62,000 nucleotides of DNA from Octopus vulgaris (Eukaryota): positions 43,544,001-43,606,000 of the forward strand of contig OX597822.1 of NCBI GenBank assembly GCA_951406725.2, written 5' to 3'. Under the pieces are notes generated by a model. The model ran no database searches. It worked only from the letters and a program-made list of their open reading frames with translations, and was not told the origin of the DNA. A program made the position numbers and the translations under genes. How positions within the stretch are numbered: position 1 is the stretch's first letter; each line of letters begins with the position of its first letter. Positions 40,172-52,334 of the stretch are shown here, piece by piece.

Positions 40172-40597
40172 TATCTATCTATCTATCTATCTAACTATGT
40201 CTGTGTGTAATGTGTGTGTGTGTGTGTGTATATATACAGGCTTAACTAGATACATGTATATGTCGGTATGTGTGTGTATGTATATGCACACATGTACGTA
40301 CAAAAACACATACACACACAACGCATACACGCACTGTGAAACAGAGAAGCGTCTTGAATGTCGACGGCTCTGTATCCGAAATGTCATGAATGCATTCTCG
40401 GTTCGCACGGCAATCAAATTCAATGATACTTATAAACATTCTTGTATGTTGTTTAAAGTTGTCCATGGAAGTTAGAAACATTAGATGTGCGTAGACCGAA
40501 AGGCCGAGAATAAGAGACGGACAGAGAGAAGAACAGGAAGGGTTAGAGAGATACATAGAAAGAAAGAAATCCACACGCACACACACAGGTATTTTCA

Positions 40598-40643
<46 letters not shown>

Positions 40644-41142
40644 TAAATTGTAAGTTGAATGAGATAAAAGAAGGGGAAATCACGATATGAGAACCTTGTT
40701 GTTGAGTGTTTGAAACATTAGAAATTCAAACAGATTATTCGAGAATGTTCGAAAGTAATCGAATTCCAACTTCTCTACTTGAGATCTTTAGAAAGTTTGG
40801 CCCAAACACTGCGCCGTGTACTCATTCTCCATTTCTTTCTCGTTCCGTGAAAGTTGTTGCCAAGGTGCCAAGGTAAGAAGTGTTTGTTTGCAAACGAGAT
40901 GTTAAGAGGTCGCACAAGTTCTAATTACATCCGCAAACTTCTGCACTACTTTGGCTATACTTCACTTGACGGACACAGGAGGCCAACGAACTGTTTTGCG
41001 AGGTTGTCCTCTTGCTTCTGTGTGACTATGTGTAAGTATCTATGCGTGTATATGTGAAAGCGCGAGACAGAGTCTTCATATGTGAGTTTGTATGTCCGTA
41101 TATAATATGTGTGTGTATGCATGTATTTATGTATGTAATCAA

Positions 41143-41277
<135 letters not shown>

Positions 41278-41587
41278 AACCTGTCTGTTGTGTCTGTCTC
41301 TCTTTGCAACAGTCTGTTTATCCGTCTATCTCTTTGTCTGCCTGTCTATCTCGCTATCACTCTCTCTATATATATATGTATATAATATATATACATATAT
41401 TTTTGGCTGTGGTTGCGCGCGCGTATGGTGTTCATGCGCATGTGTGACTATGTGTATGACTTCTTGAAATATTAATTTGTGTCGAAAGAACGGAGAAGAC
41501 TTAATTCAGTACATGCTCTATTCCTTTTTAGTAATTCATGATTCAAACCAATGTGATCATGAGGATAATATATATAAGTATATATAT

Positions 41588-41627
<40 letters not shown>

Positions 41628-41694
41628 CTTGGAAATGGATGTGCGGCGTTCAATTAGATAATAATAAAATAAAAATAATATATGTATATGCATG

Positions 41695-41770
<76 letters not shown>

Positions 41771-41893
41771 CATGGGTACAGGACATCAACAACAGTAAAC
41801 AGCAAGAACTATGAAAAAAAAATGAATTAAATACGCAAACAACGAGAGTGAAATTGGAAAACAGGAGAGTATTAACATACGAGGAAACCATCA

Positions 41894-41941
<48 letters not shown>

Positions 41942-41944
41942 TGT

Positions 41945-42150
41945 ATATGCTTGTGTATCTCTGTTTGTCTTGACAACCGATAGTGGTGTGTTTACGTCCC
42001 CTTAACATAGCGGTTCGGGGCAAAAGGAACCAATAGAATAAGTACTAGGCTTACGATGAATAAGTCCTGGGGTCGATTTGCCCGACTAAAGGTGGTGTTC
42101 CAGCATGGCCGCAGTCAAGAGACTGAAACAAGTAAAAGAATAAAAGAATA
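41945..42150 (+). mobile_element. SINE family A tail
   Basis: Tail motif after (TA)n. Confidence 0.75.
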
Positions 42151-42154
42151 CAAT

Positions 42155-43098
42155 AAGACACCTACTCTAAAAACACTAACTTATGTACTCACATACAACC
42201 CCAGAAACAAAGAAACATTTAACATCTTTGCCCCAAATCTCCCAATACTCCATAAGGACCCGACGCTGAAGGCTATTTTACATACGCATAATACTATTAA
42301 AAGCAGTAGACAACCAAATACATTTGAGATCCTCACGAATGCTAAATTATTCTCAAGAATAACAGATGCAACAGTAAAACAATGTGGTCGACCTAACTGC
42401 GGAACAATCTTCTGGAAGGGCAAACATTCAAATTAAATCCAACTTCACTTGCGCCTCTGAAAACCTCCTTTATGTAATAAGATGCTCGGGCTGCTATAAA
42501 ACCTACACAGGTTCTACAAGAATGTCTATCCGACGAAGATGTAATGCTCACAGGCAACAGATATCTTCTCCACTATATGGCCAGATATATCTCAGTGAAC
42601 ACATTGACAGATGTGCAGAACAACTTCAACTACAATTCCTTATCTTCCTGTTATATCAGTTTGCTATTTGGACCTCAACTCAAGTGCGACTAAATAAAGA
42701 GACCTCGCTTATCAAAAAATATAAGCCAGATTGAAATATATTTACGAGTAAATATTTATCACGTGTATTGGATATAATATCGATATAAGCCAGACTCAAA
42801 TACAAATCAATATTAAAAATTTCAGATTAACCTCCCCTTCACTGAAAAATACCTTGTTTACCAATTATCCCTCCTAGCAAACCAAATCTCTAACTCCGAA
42901 TTGTATTCAACACTCAAACTTTGAAAAGCAATAGCGAAACCTGTTATTATGTTAGAAGAGAAAAGTCTTATTTTGTATAATATTGTATAATACTTTTGCT
43001 TTGATGATTCTTTAGTCTTGTAGAACAAATGTTTTTTTTCATTTTTTCTTTCTTTGAATATTCAACCACGTTGAATTAATAACCATCCTTTCTATCTC

Positions 43099-43105
<7 letters not shown>
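42155..43105 (+). mobile_element. Penelope-like retroelement 3' remnant (linker, Cys motif, GIY-YIG endonuclease, 3' region)
   Basis: LTYVLTYNP..., KSSRQPN, CGRPNCGT, then SNFTCASENLLYVIRCSGCYKTYTGST..RRRCNAH...KETSLIKKY, a GIY-YIG pattern typical of Penelope-like elements; ends at (TA)n. Confidence 0.8.
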
Positions 43106-43159
<54 letters not shown>

Positions 43160-43994
43160 GTCAATGGACGCAAATTAATAGTTAGGTAGCAAGTGCTCAG
43201 ATAGGTTTGTCATTAAAACTACGGCCTAGACTTCAGCTGAAAGTGTGATGTTGTGGCTGCCTATCAGAGGTGGCTAGAAGGGTTTCTTCCTTGAGCAGAT
43301 TGACATAGATTAAATTATAAACAAACAACAACAAAAACTCCATTGGGTATCACTTGAAATGAACATTTGATTTAGATAGAGAATATAAACAGAGAGTCAT
43401 GTACGGCTCTTTCTGCATCATCCAAGTATATGTATCACCCTATTGAGAAATAATTTTTTTAAGCTGCGTACACCGTCATCAAGGAAGGAGAAGCCAGGGA
43501 GATGTAAAACTACGGGAATATCCCCAATCGCGGCTATTCGTATATTCCAGTTCATTAAGAATGAAGGAAGGATCAGAATAAGATAGGTACGCGTTCGGTG
43601 GTTCCATGATGAAAGAAATAACACAATTATAGGTAATGTTCGCTAGAAGTTACAAACGAGAATGTTCGGTGGTAATCCATGGCAAGGACATGTGAAAGTT
43701 TCCAGTTCCAGTTTTAAATAGAGAATGAAGGTTGAATAGAAATATTATGCTACAGTATGAAGGAGAAGGTCACAATAAGATGCGGTAGAGTAGCTATGCA
43801 CTAGTCAGTATAGAAGGAGTATGTATGTCGAGAGAGGTTAGGGGATATATGCATACAGACAGATAGATAAAGGGATGAATCATACCAGATATAAGCTGTC
43901 CTCCATTTAAGTGATCTCCAATGTTGGTCTGAGCCGGCAAAACTGGAAAGGGAGAGGTTGTGATGGTAATAAGGCGGTTGTAAAAGATAATGAA

Positions 43995-44355
43995 GATCAA
44001 AAGCTAAATATCAAAGGGCAAAGAAGATCAAAAGCTAAAGATCAAAGGCTAAAGAGACTGAAGATCAAAAGAGAAGATCAAAAGTTAAAGATTAAAAGTT
44101 AAGGATACTGACGATCAAAAGCGAAAGAAGATCAAAAGCTAAAGATCAAAAGTTAAAGATCAAAAGCTAAAGATCAAAAGCTAAAGATCGAAAGTTAAAG
44201 ATCAAAAGTTAAGAATTCTGACGATCAAAAGCGAAAGAAGATCAAAAGCTAAAGATCAAAAGTTAAAGATTAAAAGTTAAAGATTAAAAGTTAAGGATGC
44301 TGACGATCAAAAGCGAAAGAAGATGAACTGCTAAAGATACTGAAGATCGAAAGTT
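43995..44355. repeat. 14-bp minisatellite (GATCAAAAG[C/T]TAAA) with a higher-order variant unit
   Basis: Repeated GATCAAAAGCTAAA; CTGACGATCAAAAGCGAAAGAAGAT recurs three times (about 44105, 44215, 44300). Confidence 0.8.
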
Positions 44356-44469
44356 AAAGGAGGCCTGATACTAATAGAAGTGAGTGGAGGCTTAAGGCTC
44401 GCCTGTATAAGTGGTGTTTCAAATACATTCTCATAATATGGATCTCAAACTTTGACAAAAGTGCAAGTT

Positions 44470-44645
44470 AGGGGGCAAGTCGATTCCATAGACTCCAGGG
44501 CTCAACTGGTACTTATTATATCGATCCCGAGAGGATGAAAGGCAAAGTTGACCTCGGCAGCATTTGAACTCAGAACGTAACAGCGGACGAAATGCAGCAA
44601 AGAATTTTGCCCGGTGTGCTAACGATTCTGCCAGCTCACCGCCTT
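44470..44645 (-). mobile_element. Deu/Nin-domain SINE
   Basis: ATCGATCCCGAGAGGATGAAAGGCAAAGTTGACCTCGGCAGCATTTGAACTCAGAACGTAAC. Confidence 0.75.
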
Positions 44646-44875
44646 ATAAGAGCCTATAATGTTAATTAAAAGCAAAACCAGTAGAGTGTGGATTCATTGG
44701 CAACAGAGGGATGAAAAGAAAAAATTCAAACTGACAAATAAAGAATAAGACGAAAATAAACATAAACACACGCACATATATTTGTTCGTCACTCGTTTAT
44801 TACTGTCCTTGTGCGTATGTGTGTGTGTATGCCTGTGTTTATGGATGTATGTAATCATATCTATCTATCTGTCTG

Positions 44876-44935
<60 letters not shown>

Positions 44936-44996
44936 CCATCTATCTATCTGTCTGTCTGTCTGTCTGTCTATCTCTCTATCTATCTATTTATCTATC

Positions 44997-45069
<73 letters not shown>

Positions 45070-45465
45070 TTGTCGGCCTATCTGTCTGTCTTTGTAACAG
45101 TCTGTTTGTCCGTCTATTTGTTTGCCTGTCTTCTATCTAGCTATCTCTCTCTCTATACATATATCTTTGGCTGTGTTTGTGTGTGTGCGTGTGGTGCATA
45201 TCCATTGGAGTAAGTGAAGCAAGAGCAGACACGAAAACGAAAAGTGTCGCTGAAGAGGTCACAGAGGTGTGACGAAAGACTTCCGGACAATGGAAATGAG
45301 TTAAAACAATAAAATAAGAACAGCAATATACGAATGAAAAACAAAAGGGTCATCCCAAAATAGAACAATATCTGTTTTAACACACGTTTTCACATCAGGA
45401 ATCTTGCAACAAAAATTGATAAATGTAAAAATCAATAAACAAATGAAGTCAGTTTATTTATTTAC

Positions 45466-45541
45466 GGGCATATGGCGTAGTGGTTGAGAGCGCGGGCTAC
45501 TAATTCTAAGATTTCGAGTTCGATTCCAGACAGTGAACTGA
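45466..45541 (+). mobile_element. very short tRNA-derived SINE head followed directly by (TAA)n
   Basis: A box TGGCGTAGTGG and B box GAGTTCGATTCC; no tRNA acceptor stem closure; TAA-rich tail from 45543. Confidence 0.55.
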
Positions 45542-46124
45542 GTAATAATGATATTATTAATAATAATAATAATAATAATAATTATTATTATTATTAACGT
45601 CATCGTCGTTGTTGTTAATGTTAATATTATTAGTGTTATCACAAGAGTTATTATTATAATCACTCTCATTACGATAGTTATTAGCGCTAATAATAGGACC
45701 ACTGTAACTAGTACTCTCGTAAACAAGATTGCTATGATGATTTCTGTTGCTAGGGTTAATAGTAATATCATAGTTATGATAGTTGTTGTTGTTGTTGTTG
45801 TTATTATCATTATCATCATCATCATATCTATTATTCTCCTTAGTAGTGTTTTGTTGGCGATGGCTATTAAACTTGCGCTTATTAGATGTGGCTATAATGG
45901 ATTCAATGCTCATCGCAGAACAGTAAGATAATTTGAGGATGGAACGATTGAAGAATACTCGTCTGATGGTCTCCTTACTCAATATAATGATCCACAAGCT
46001 TGGCTATGTTAGAAACAGCTGTAAGAGACAGTATATTTATACTTTCTATCTAAATTAAATGTCATTTTCAAGTGATGTACACACATTTTGCTTTTTTATT
46101 CTTGCTTTAATCTATTTATCTATC

Positions 46125-46189
<65 letters not shown>

Positions 46190-46221
46190 ATATATACATA
46201 CATATATACATACATACATAA

Positions 46222-46267
<46 letters not shown>

Positions 46268-46433
46268 CATAAGGGACTAAAGCCATCTGAATATGGCTAG
46301 GGACAGGGCAGGGTGGTGGGGGTGTTACTGTTGCATTTAGCCCCAGGCGAACATCGACGTCACCAGATAGGCCCGACACCGTCACGGTGTCCTTTAACCT
46401 GCAAAGGGAGGTAATTCCCCGATGAAGCGGAAA

Positions 46434-46482
46434 CCACACACGGACCATGGTTTCAAGGTGTATTGCCTATCGTCGGCGTGTG
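46434..46482 (-). ncRNA. type I hammerhead-like motif, CCGACGA core variant
   Basis: CACACG-CCGACGA-U[AGG CAAUACA CCU]U-GAA-ACCAUGGU-C-CGUGUG; perfectly palindromic helix III; GUC triplet. Confidence 0.6.
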
Positions 46483-46843
46483 GTAGGCTTCCGCTTCCTC
46501 GACGAATTCTCACTCTGCAGGATATTCATATATAGATTTTCAAGCAAAATACATTTGCTGATTTCGAAAATCTGTTCGAAAGCAATAATAATTCTCTAAA
46601 AGAGATATAGACAGTAACTGCTCGATAACATAAGGGACTAAAGCCATCTGAATATGGCTAGGGACAGGGCAGATTCAGATGGCTTTAGTCCCTTATGTTA
46701 TCGAGCAGTTACTGTCTATATCTCTTTTAGAGAATTATTATTGCTTTCGAACAGATTTTCGAAATCAGCAAATGTATTTTGCTTGAAAATCTATATATGA
46801 ATATCCTGCAGAGTGAGAATTCGTCGAGGAAGCGGAAGCCTAC

Positions 46844-46889
46844 CACACGCCGACGATAGGCAATACACCATGAAACCATGGTCCGTGTG
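46844..46889 (+). ncRNA. type I hammerhead-like motif, CCGACGA core variant
   Basis: As above with one helix II change; predicted cut after 46883. Confidence 0.55.
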
Positions 46890-47204
46890 TGGTTTCCGCT
46901 TCATCGGGGAATTACCTCCCTTTGCAGGTTAAAGGACACCGTGACGGTGTCGGGCCTATCTGGTGACGTCGATGTTCGCCTGGGGCTAAATGCAACAGTA
47001 ACACCCCCACCACCCTGCCCTGTCCCTAGCCATATTCAGATGGCTTTAGTCCCTTATGTTATCGAGCAGTTACTGTCTATATCTCTTTTAGAGAATTATT
47101 ATTGCTTTCGAACAGATTTTCGAAATCAGCAAATGTATTTTGCTTGAAAATCTATATATGAATATCCTGCAGAGTGAGAATTCGTCGAGGAAGCAGAAGC
47201 CTAC

Positions 47205-47250
47205 CACACGCCGACGATAGGCAATACACCTTGAAACCATGGTCCGTGTG
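47205..47250 (+). ncRNA. type I hammerhead-like motif, CCGACGA core variant
   Basis: As above; predicted cut after 47244, 361 nt from the previous site. Confidence 0.6.
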
Positions 47251-47465
47251 TGGTTTCCGCTTCATCGGGGAATTACCTCCCTTTGCAGGTTAAAGGACAC
47301 CGTGACGGTGTCGGGCCTATCTGGTGACGTCGATGTTCGCCTGGGGCTAAATGCAACAGTAACACCCCTACCAACCTGCCCTGTCCCTAGCCATATTCAG
47401 ATGGCTTTAGTCCCTTATGTTATCGAGCAGTTACTGTCTATATCTCTTTTAGAGAATTATTATTG

Positions 47466-47503
<38 letters not shown>

Positions 47504-47992
47504 TACTACTTTCAGTCATTAAACGCCAGGCATGCAGGGGCAAAGTGTTAAAGAATTTTAGTCGAATGAAGGGAGAGAGAGAGAAAAAAAAAAGGAAGAG
47601 AAAAGGACGTGATAGAAAGAGAGCGAGAGATAGAAAGGAAAGTGAAATGCAGATAAGCAGATAAACAGACATAGCGAGAGATAAACAGGGAAAGCAAATA
47701 TTAAGAATTTATTTTTGTCTTTCGAGCAAATGGCCTTAAAAATGTAAACGATTGACATTGACAGAAAAGGTTCGAGGAAAGAAAATAAACAGTGGGAAAC
47801 CTGTTAGGTGAAGCAGAAAGCCGAATAATGAAATACACAACACAGACAGACAGACAGACGGACATACACACACAGACAGATTTTATAGTAGGAAAGATGG
47901 CTGCATTTAGTGTATGACCGGAAGTAGCGAGGATCGTCGGTATTTACAGGTTTTGTTATTCTTCCTACTTCCTCTATTCCATGGCTATTATT

Positions 47993-48031
<39 letters not shown>

Positions 48032-48274
48032 AGTAGTAGTAGCAGTAACAGTAGTGGTAGAGGAGGGGTAAGGAGTCGTCTTTTGGTTGATGATGATGAT
48101 GATGACGATGATAATGATGTTTGTGATACTCCTGCTCTATTTCTCTCGTCATCTTTTCTCCATGTATACATGTTTTCATATTTTGTTGTTCGTTTCTTCT
48201 TCTTCTTCTTCTTCTTCTTCTTCTTCTTCTTCTTCTTCTTCTTCTTCTTCTTCTTCTTCTTCTTCTTCTTCTAC

Positions 48275-48318
<44 letters not shown>

Positions 48319-48758
48319 GAGTCGGAGAGCAGTGCATGCCATCAAAGTGACACTGGGGTAATATATACGAAGTTCAGTATACACATCACGACTACCTGTC
48401 TGATAAGGGTACTCTAGGCACATGCATCACAACCATATTTGCGCGATATAGTGATCCCATAGCACATGACCTTGCAGGTGGGGGCCAAGTTAGAATTTTC
48501 TTCTGGCCGAGTAACCCATCCCGCTCCAAAGGTCCCTAAATAAGAGTTGTTTAAGGATGTTGAACGAAACACCCCTGTTTCCAGAGATGAATTATTCAAA
48601 CCCCAAAGAATCCCTCTCAACACTGACAAGCAAATCTGTGGTATTGAGCAGAATATTTGCTGTAGCCCATCTTTTATACCAAGACAAAACAATATACATG
48701 ATAACACTTCCAATCAGTTAAGATCAGAAGCCACTGCCTGGTACTGCACCAGGGCATC
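48319..48758. mobile_element. 440-bp non-coding insert flanked on both sides by (ATT)n
   Basis: Unique-complexity, GC-richer block between two ATT arrays; terminal hairpin CCTGGT-ACTGC-ACCAGG; family unknown. Confidence 0.4.
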
Positions 48759-48766
48759 TATTATTA

Positions 48767-48806
<40 letters not shown>

Positions 48807-48831
48807 TTTTTTTATTATCATCATCATAATC

Positions 48832-49030
48832 AAGGCGGCGACGGGCAGAATCGTTAACACGCTGGATGAAATACTTAGCAGCCTTTCGCCCGTCTTTACA
48901 TTCTGAGTTTAAATTCTGCCTTTCATCCTTTCGGAGTCGATAAATGAGGTACCAGGGAAACACTAAGGTCGATGTAATCGACTTGCCCCCTCTCACAAAA
49001 TGTTTCGGGCCTTGCGCCTTTAGTAGAAAG
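48832..49030 (+). mobile_element. Deu/Nin-domain SINE with internal deletion
   Basis: AAGGCGGCGACGGGCAGAATCGTTAACACG...TTCTGAGTTTAAATTCTGCCTTTCATCCTTTCGGAGTCGATAAATGAGGTACC. Confidence 0.7.
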
Positions 49031-49041
49031 GATTATTATTA

Positions 49042-49129
<88 letters not shown>

Positions 49130-49524
49130 CATTATTATTATTATCATTATTATTGCCAAAACATCATATTGGAGACAATGTTGGTTTTGATTTTGCCTGG
49201 AATTGAACAAATGTGTCTGTTGATTGCAGAATATAATCCTACTAATCTTCTGATTCTTCTAGATGCATCAACGCACATTACACGCCACTCAGATAGATCT
49301 GGATAATAATGTTTTCAGGGTGTTCAATTAAGCTGTATAAATTTTAGTGTTTGTCTCAAATTATCCTTATAGCTGACCAGAGTTCTCCCTTTGCCACGGA
49401 ATCACTGTACTTGTTGATCATATTAAAGAATTCTCGGAATGCGATCAGTCCATTGCACTGAATACTCAACAGCTTGCTTTCGATATAGGAGATATCACAA
49501 CTTAAAATAAATTTGGGACTATAG

Positions 49525-49671
49525 ATGCAGGAGTGGCTGTGTGGTAAGTAGCATGGTTCTGGCGTCAGTCTTGCGGCGTGGTACCTTGGGCAAGTGTCTT
49601 CTATTATAGCTTCGGGCCGACCAAAGCCCTGTGAGTGGATTTGGTGGTCGGAAATTGAAAGAAGCCCATCG

Positions 49672-49672
<1 letters not shown>
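49525..49672 (+). mobile_element. SINE family A head (tail at 50045-50240)
   Basis: Head motif followed by (TA)n. Confidence 0.8.
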
Positions 49673-49730
<58 letters not shown>

Positions 49731-49803
49731 GTATATATATATGTATATATATATATATGTATGTATATATTTATGTATGTATATATTTATGTATGTATAT
49801 ATA

Positions 49804-50040
49804 AAGGGAGAATTCACAAAAAAAAAACAAAAGACGAAGAGAGATGGTGTAGACAACAAACAGATGTCTTAGTATAACACTAAGTGAAAAATCATTTAAC
49901 GTTTCGAGCCTACGCTCTTGCACAGAAAGGAACACAGGAAGAAACAAGGAGAGAAAATAAAGAACGTGTAGTGGCTAGCGATCTATCATGCCGAATGCCG
50001 AACAGAAGGGTCACACAGGAGAGCTAGGGAGAAGGGGAGA
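49804..50040 (-). mobile_element. insert in SINE linker carrying a degenerate minimal hammerhead-like motif
   Basis: Minus strand CCUUU-CUGUGCAA-GAGC GUAG GCUC-GAA-ACGU-U-AAA (49930 to 49895); the core is degenerate; the minus-sense end abuts (TA)n. Confidence 0.4.
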
Positions 50041-50044
50041 TGTA

Positions 50045-50240
50045 CATGATTGTTTGTCTGTGTTTGTTCCCTAATCATCACTTGACAACCGATGCTGGTG
50101 TGTTTATGCCGTAGTAACTTAGCGGTTCAACGAAAGATACCTGTAGAATAAGCACTAGGTTTACAAAGAATAAGTTCTGGGGTCGATTTATTCGACTAAA
50201 GGCGGTATACCAGCATGGCCACATCAAATGACTGAAACAA
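50045..50240 (+). mobile_element. SINE family A tail
   Basis: Tail motif. Confidence 0.75.
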
Positions 50241-50319
50241 ATAATTGGGTAAAACAGAATGTGATATCTTACTTTGCGCAGATATTAAGCAGATAGTGCA
50301 CGTGAAAGTTTTCAAGTTT

Positions 50320-50705
50320 CCTTACGTTTGTTGATGGGTGTCCATACTTCTGCGACAGAGAAATTGTGCTCAAAATACAAAATTTGTATATGCTTATTAT
50401 AGTTTTCAAACTTACATTGTATTCATCTCACAAACGATGGAAACGTTTTTCACAAGCAACTGCAGCTGTAGATATTCTAATATTGATTTCATCATCAAAA
50501 GTACTTTTAAAATCCACTGCAGTTCCAACATATTTAAATGACCTGACCCATTTGAGTGGCTTATTGTCAATCATCACATTTTTATCTTGAGTATCTGTCG
50601 TGTCCGGCTTTGGATCAAACAAAACTTCAGTCTTCTTAATTCTGATAGACAACCCAAATGCACGATCATCTGCTGCAGAAAGCCAGGCAACTGTTTCTTG
50701 AATCC
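50320..50705 (-). pseudogene. RTE-like LINE reverse transcriptase C-terminal fragment
   Basis: AFGLSIRIKKTEVLFDP...LKWVRSFKYVGTAVDFKSTFDDEINIRISTA resembles the RTE-clade RT thumb region. Confidence 0.65.
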
Positions 50706-50734
50706 CTTCAAATAATAATTTTTTGCCACAAGGG

Positions 50735-50868
50735 CAGCTTGGGGGAGGTGGGGATTAGCCGATTACACCGACCCAGTGTTTCACTGGTATTTAATTTATC
50801 GACTCCGAAAGGATGAAAGGCATAGTCGACCTCGGCGGAATTTGAACTCAGAACGTAGCGATAGGCGA

Positions 50869-50870
<2 letters not shown>
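50735..50870 (-). mobile_element. Deu/Nin-domain SINE fragment
   Basis: ATCGACTCCGAAAGGATGAAAGGCATAGTCGACCTCGGCGGAATTTGAACTCAGAACG. Confidence 0.75.
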
Positions 50871-50952
<82 letters not shown>

Positions 50953-50965
50953 TATAATAATAATA

Positions 50966-51029
<64 letters not shown>

Positions 51030-51556
51030 GAATTAAACGCCACTGTCATGGCTGGAATACCTCTCGTCATGGGTTATCTTTAATCGGTTCTTATGCACGG
51101 CAATAACAGAACAATAACAAAATAACTATAAAAGAAACAACACTAATAAAAATGTGATTTGAAAATTTCAAATCAGACAAAACTAAATATAAAACACCAG
51201 AACAAATAACAGAGAAATGTAAGATTTGCGTCCGTTTTATATTGATTTTTTTGGTCTGAGTTTCACGGAAGAACATAAAGTAAATTATAGATTTGTTTGT
51301 CTAATTTAGTAGAATAATTTTACTGTTGTATGACTTCGGTACATTTGATACAATTCGTCTTTAATTTAGTTCTCTCTCTCTCCTCTCCCTCTTTCTTTCT
51401 TCCTTTCACTCTCCACCTCCCTCTCTCTCTCCTTCTGTCTCCCCTACCCCCGCAGACCCAGTGAAGTAAACAAAACTAAGAGTATATATTAAATATTACT
51501 TTGTGGTATTTATTTTAGTTCTAATTTAGAGAGAAGCTTGGAAGTACTAATTAGAA

Positions 51557-51614
<58 letters not shown>

Positions 51615-52241
51615 AATATACATAGATACATACATGTATGTATATGTATATATACACGAGTACGTATATATATATATGTATTATATGTATACATATACAC
51701 AAGTACGTATGAATATATATGTAAATATATATATGCACATATATATACATACGTATACACACACAGACATCTATATATATTTAAATATATGTATGTATAT
51801 GTGTGTGTATGTGTATGCAAACTCTATATGACTGTGATTAAATGGCTATCTTTTAACAACTTATAGTTACCTTTCATTATTTCAACATATGAAAATTAGC
51901 AAACGCGTGTGCCATACGTAATCCCATAGTTATGCTGTTTGTATCAATACGGATGAGTCTGACAATACAGCTGCGAAATAAAAATACGGTGTTGTTCACA
52001 ATGTATAATTTCATGGGTGTGTTCCGTGAAATAAATAGATGCTTTATTGGATGTTTTGTATTTCATGATGACATATATTAACATGACAAAGCAAAGATTT
52101 ATGAAGGATTCTTTCGCGTCTAATGATGTGTCGTTGACTTATAAAGACAATTGCCAACTTTGCAAGAAATATTTTTCGTTATATTCCGGCATCTGATACA
52201 AAATGTCGTGCGGAATGTGGAACGAGGGCCATTTCAACGAT

Positions 52242-52290
<49 letters not shown>

Positions 52291-52334
52291 CAACAATAAC
52301 AGCAAACAAGCTGATGTCGTCCAGAAACACACGC

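Larger units (their letters stand above)
46265..47466. mobile_element. 361-bp unit array with head-to-head inversion, (TA)n both sides; retrozyme-like
   Basis: Left arm 46265-46672 (1.13 units); right arm 46673-47466 (2.2 units, opposite orientation); units differ at only a few positions. Confidence 0.9.

Noticed and set aside
43995-44355. CRISPR-like array, and CTGACGA...GAAA hammerhead-like strings in the minisatellite
   Set aside because: There are no unique spacers or cas genes and the context is eukaryotic; the CTGACGA/GAAA strings lack all three helices.
46405-46450. Second hammerhead on the opposite strand of the 361-bp unit (CCGAUGA-AGCG-GAAACC)
   Set aside because: No NUH triplet with a matching helix I or III in type I or type III order; it is the complement of the extended helix I of the real motif.
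46116-47664. Thrice-repeated [21 protein letters not shown]...
   Set aside because: It repeats only because the 361-bp unit repeats; it has no recognisable domain and starts at the ribozyme helix III palindrome.
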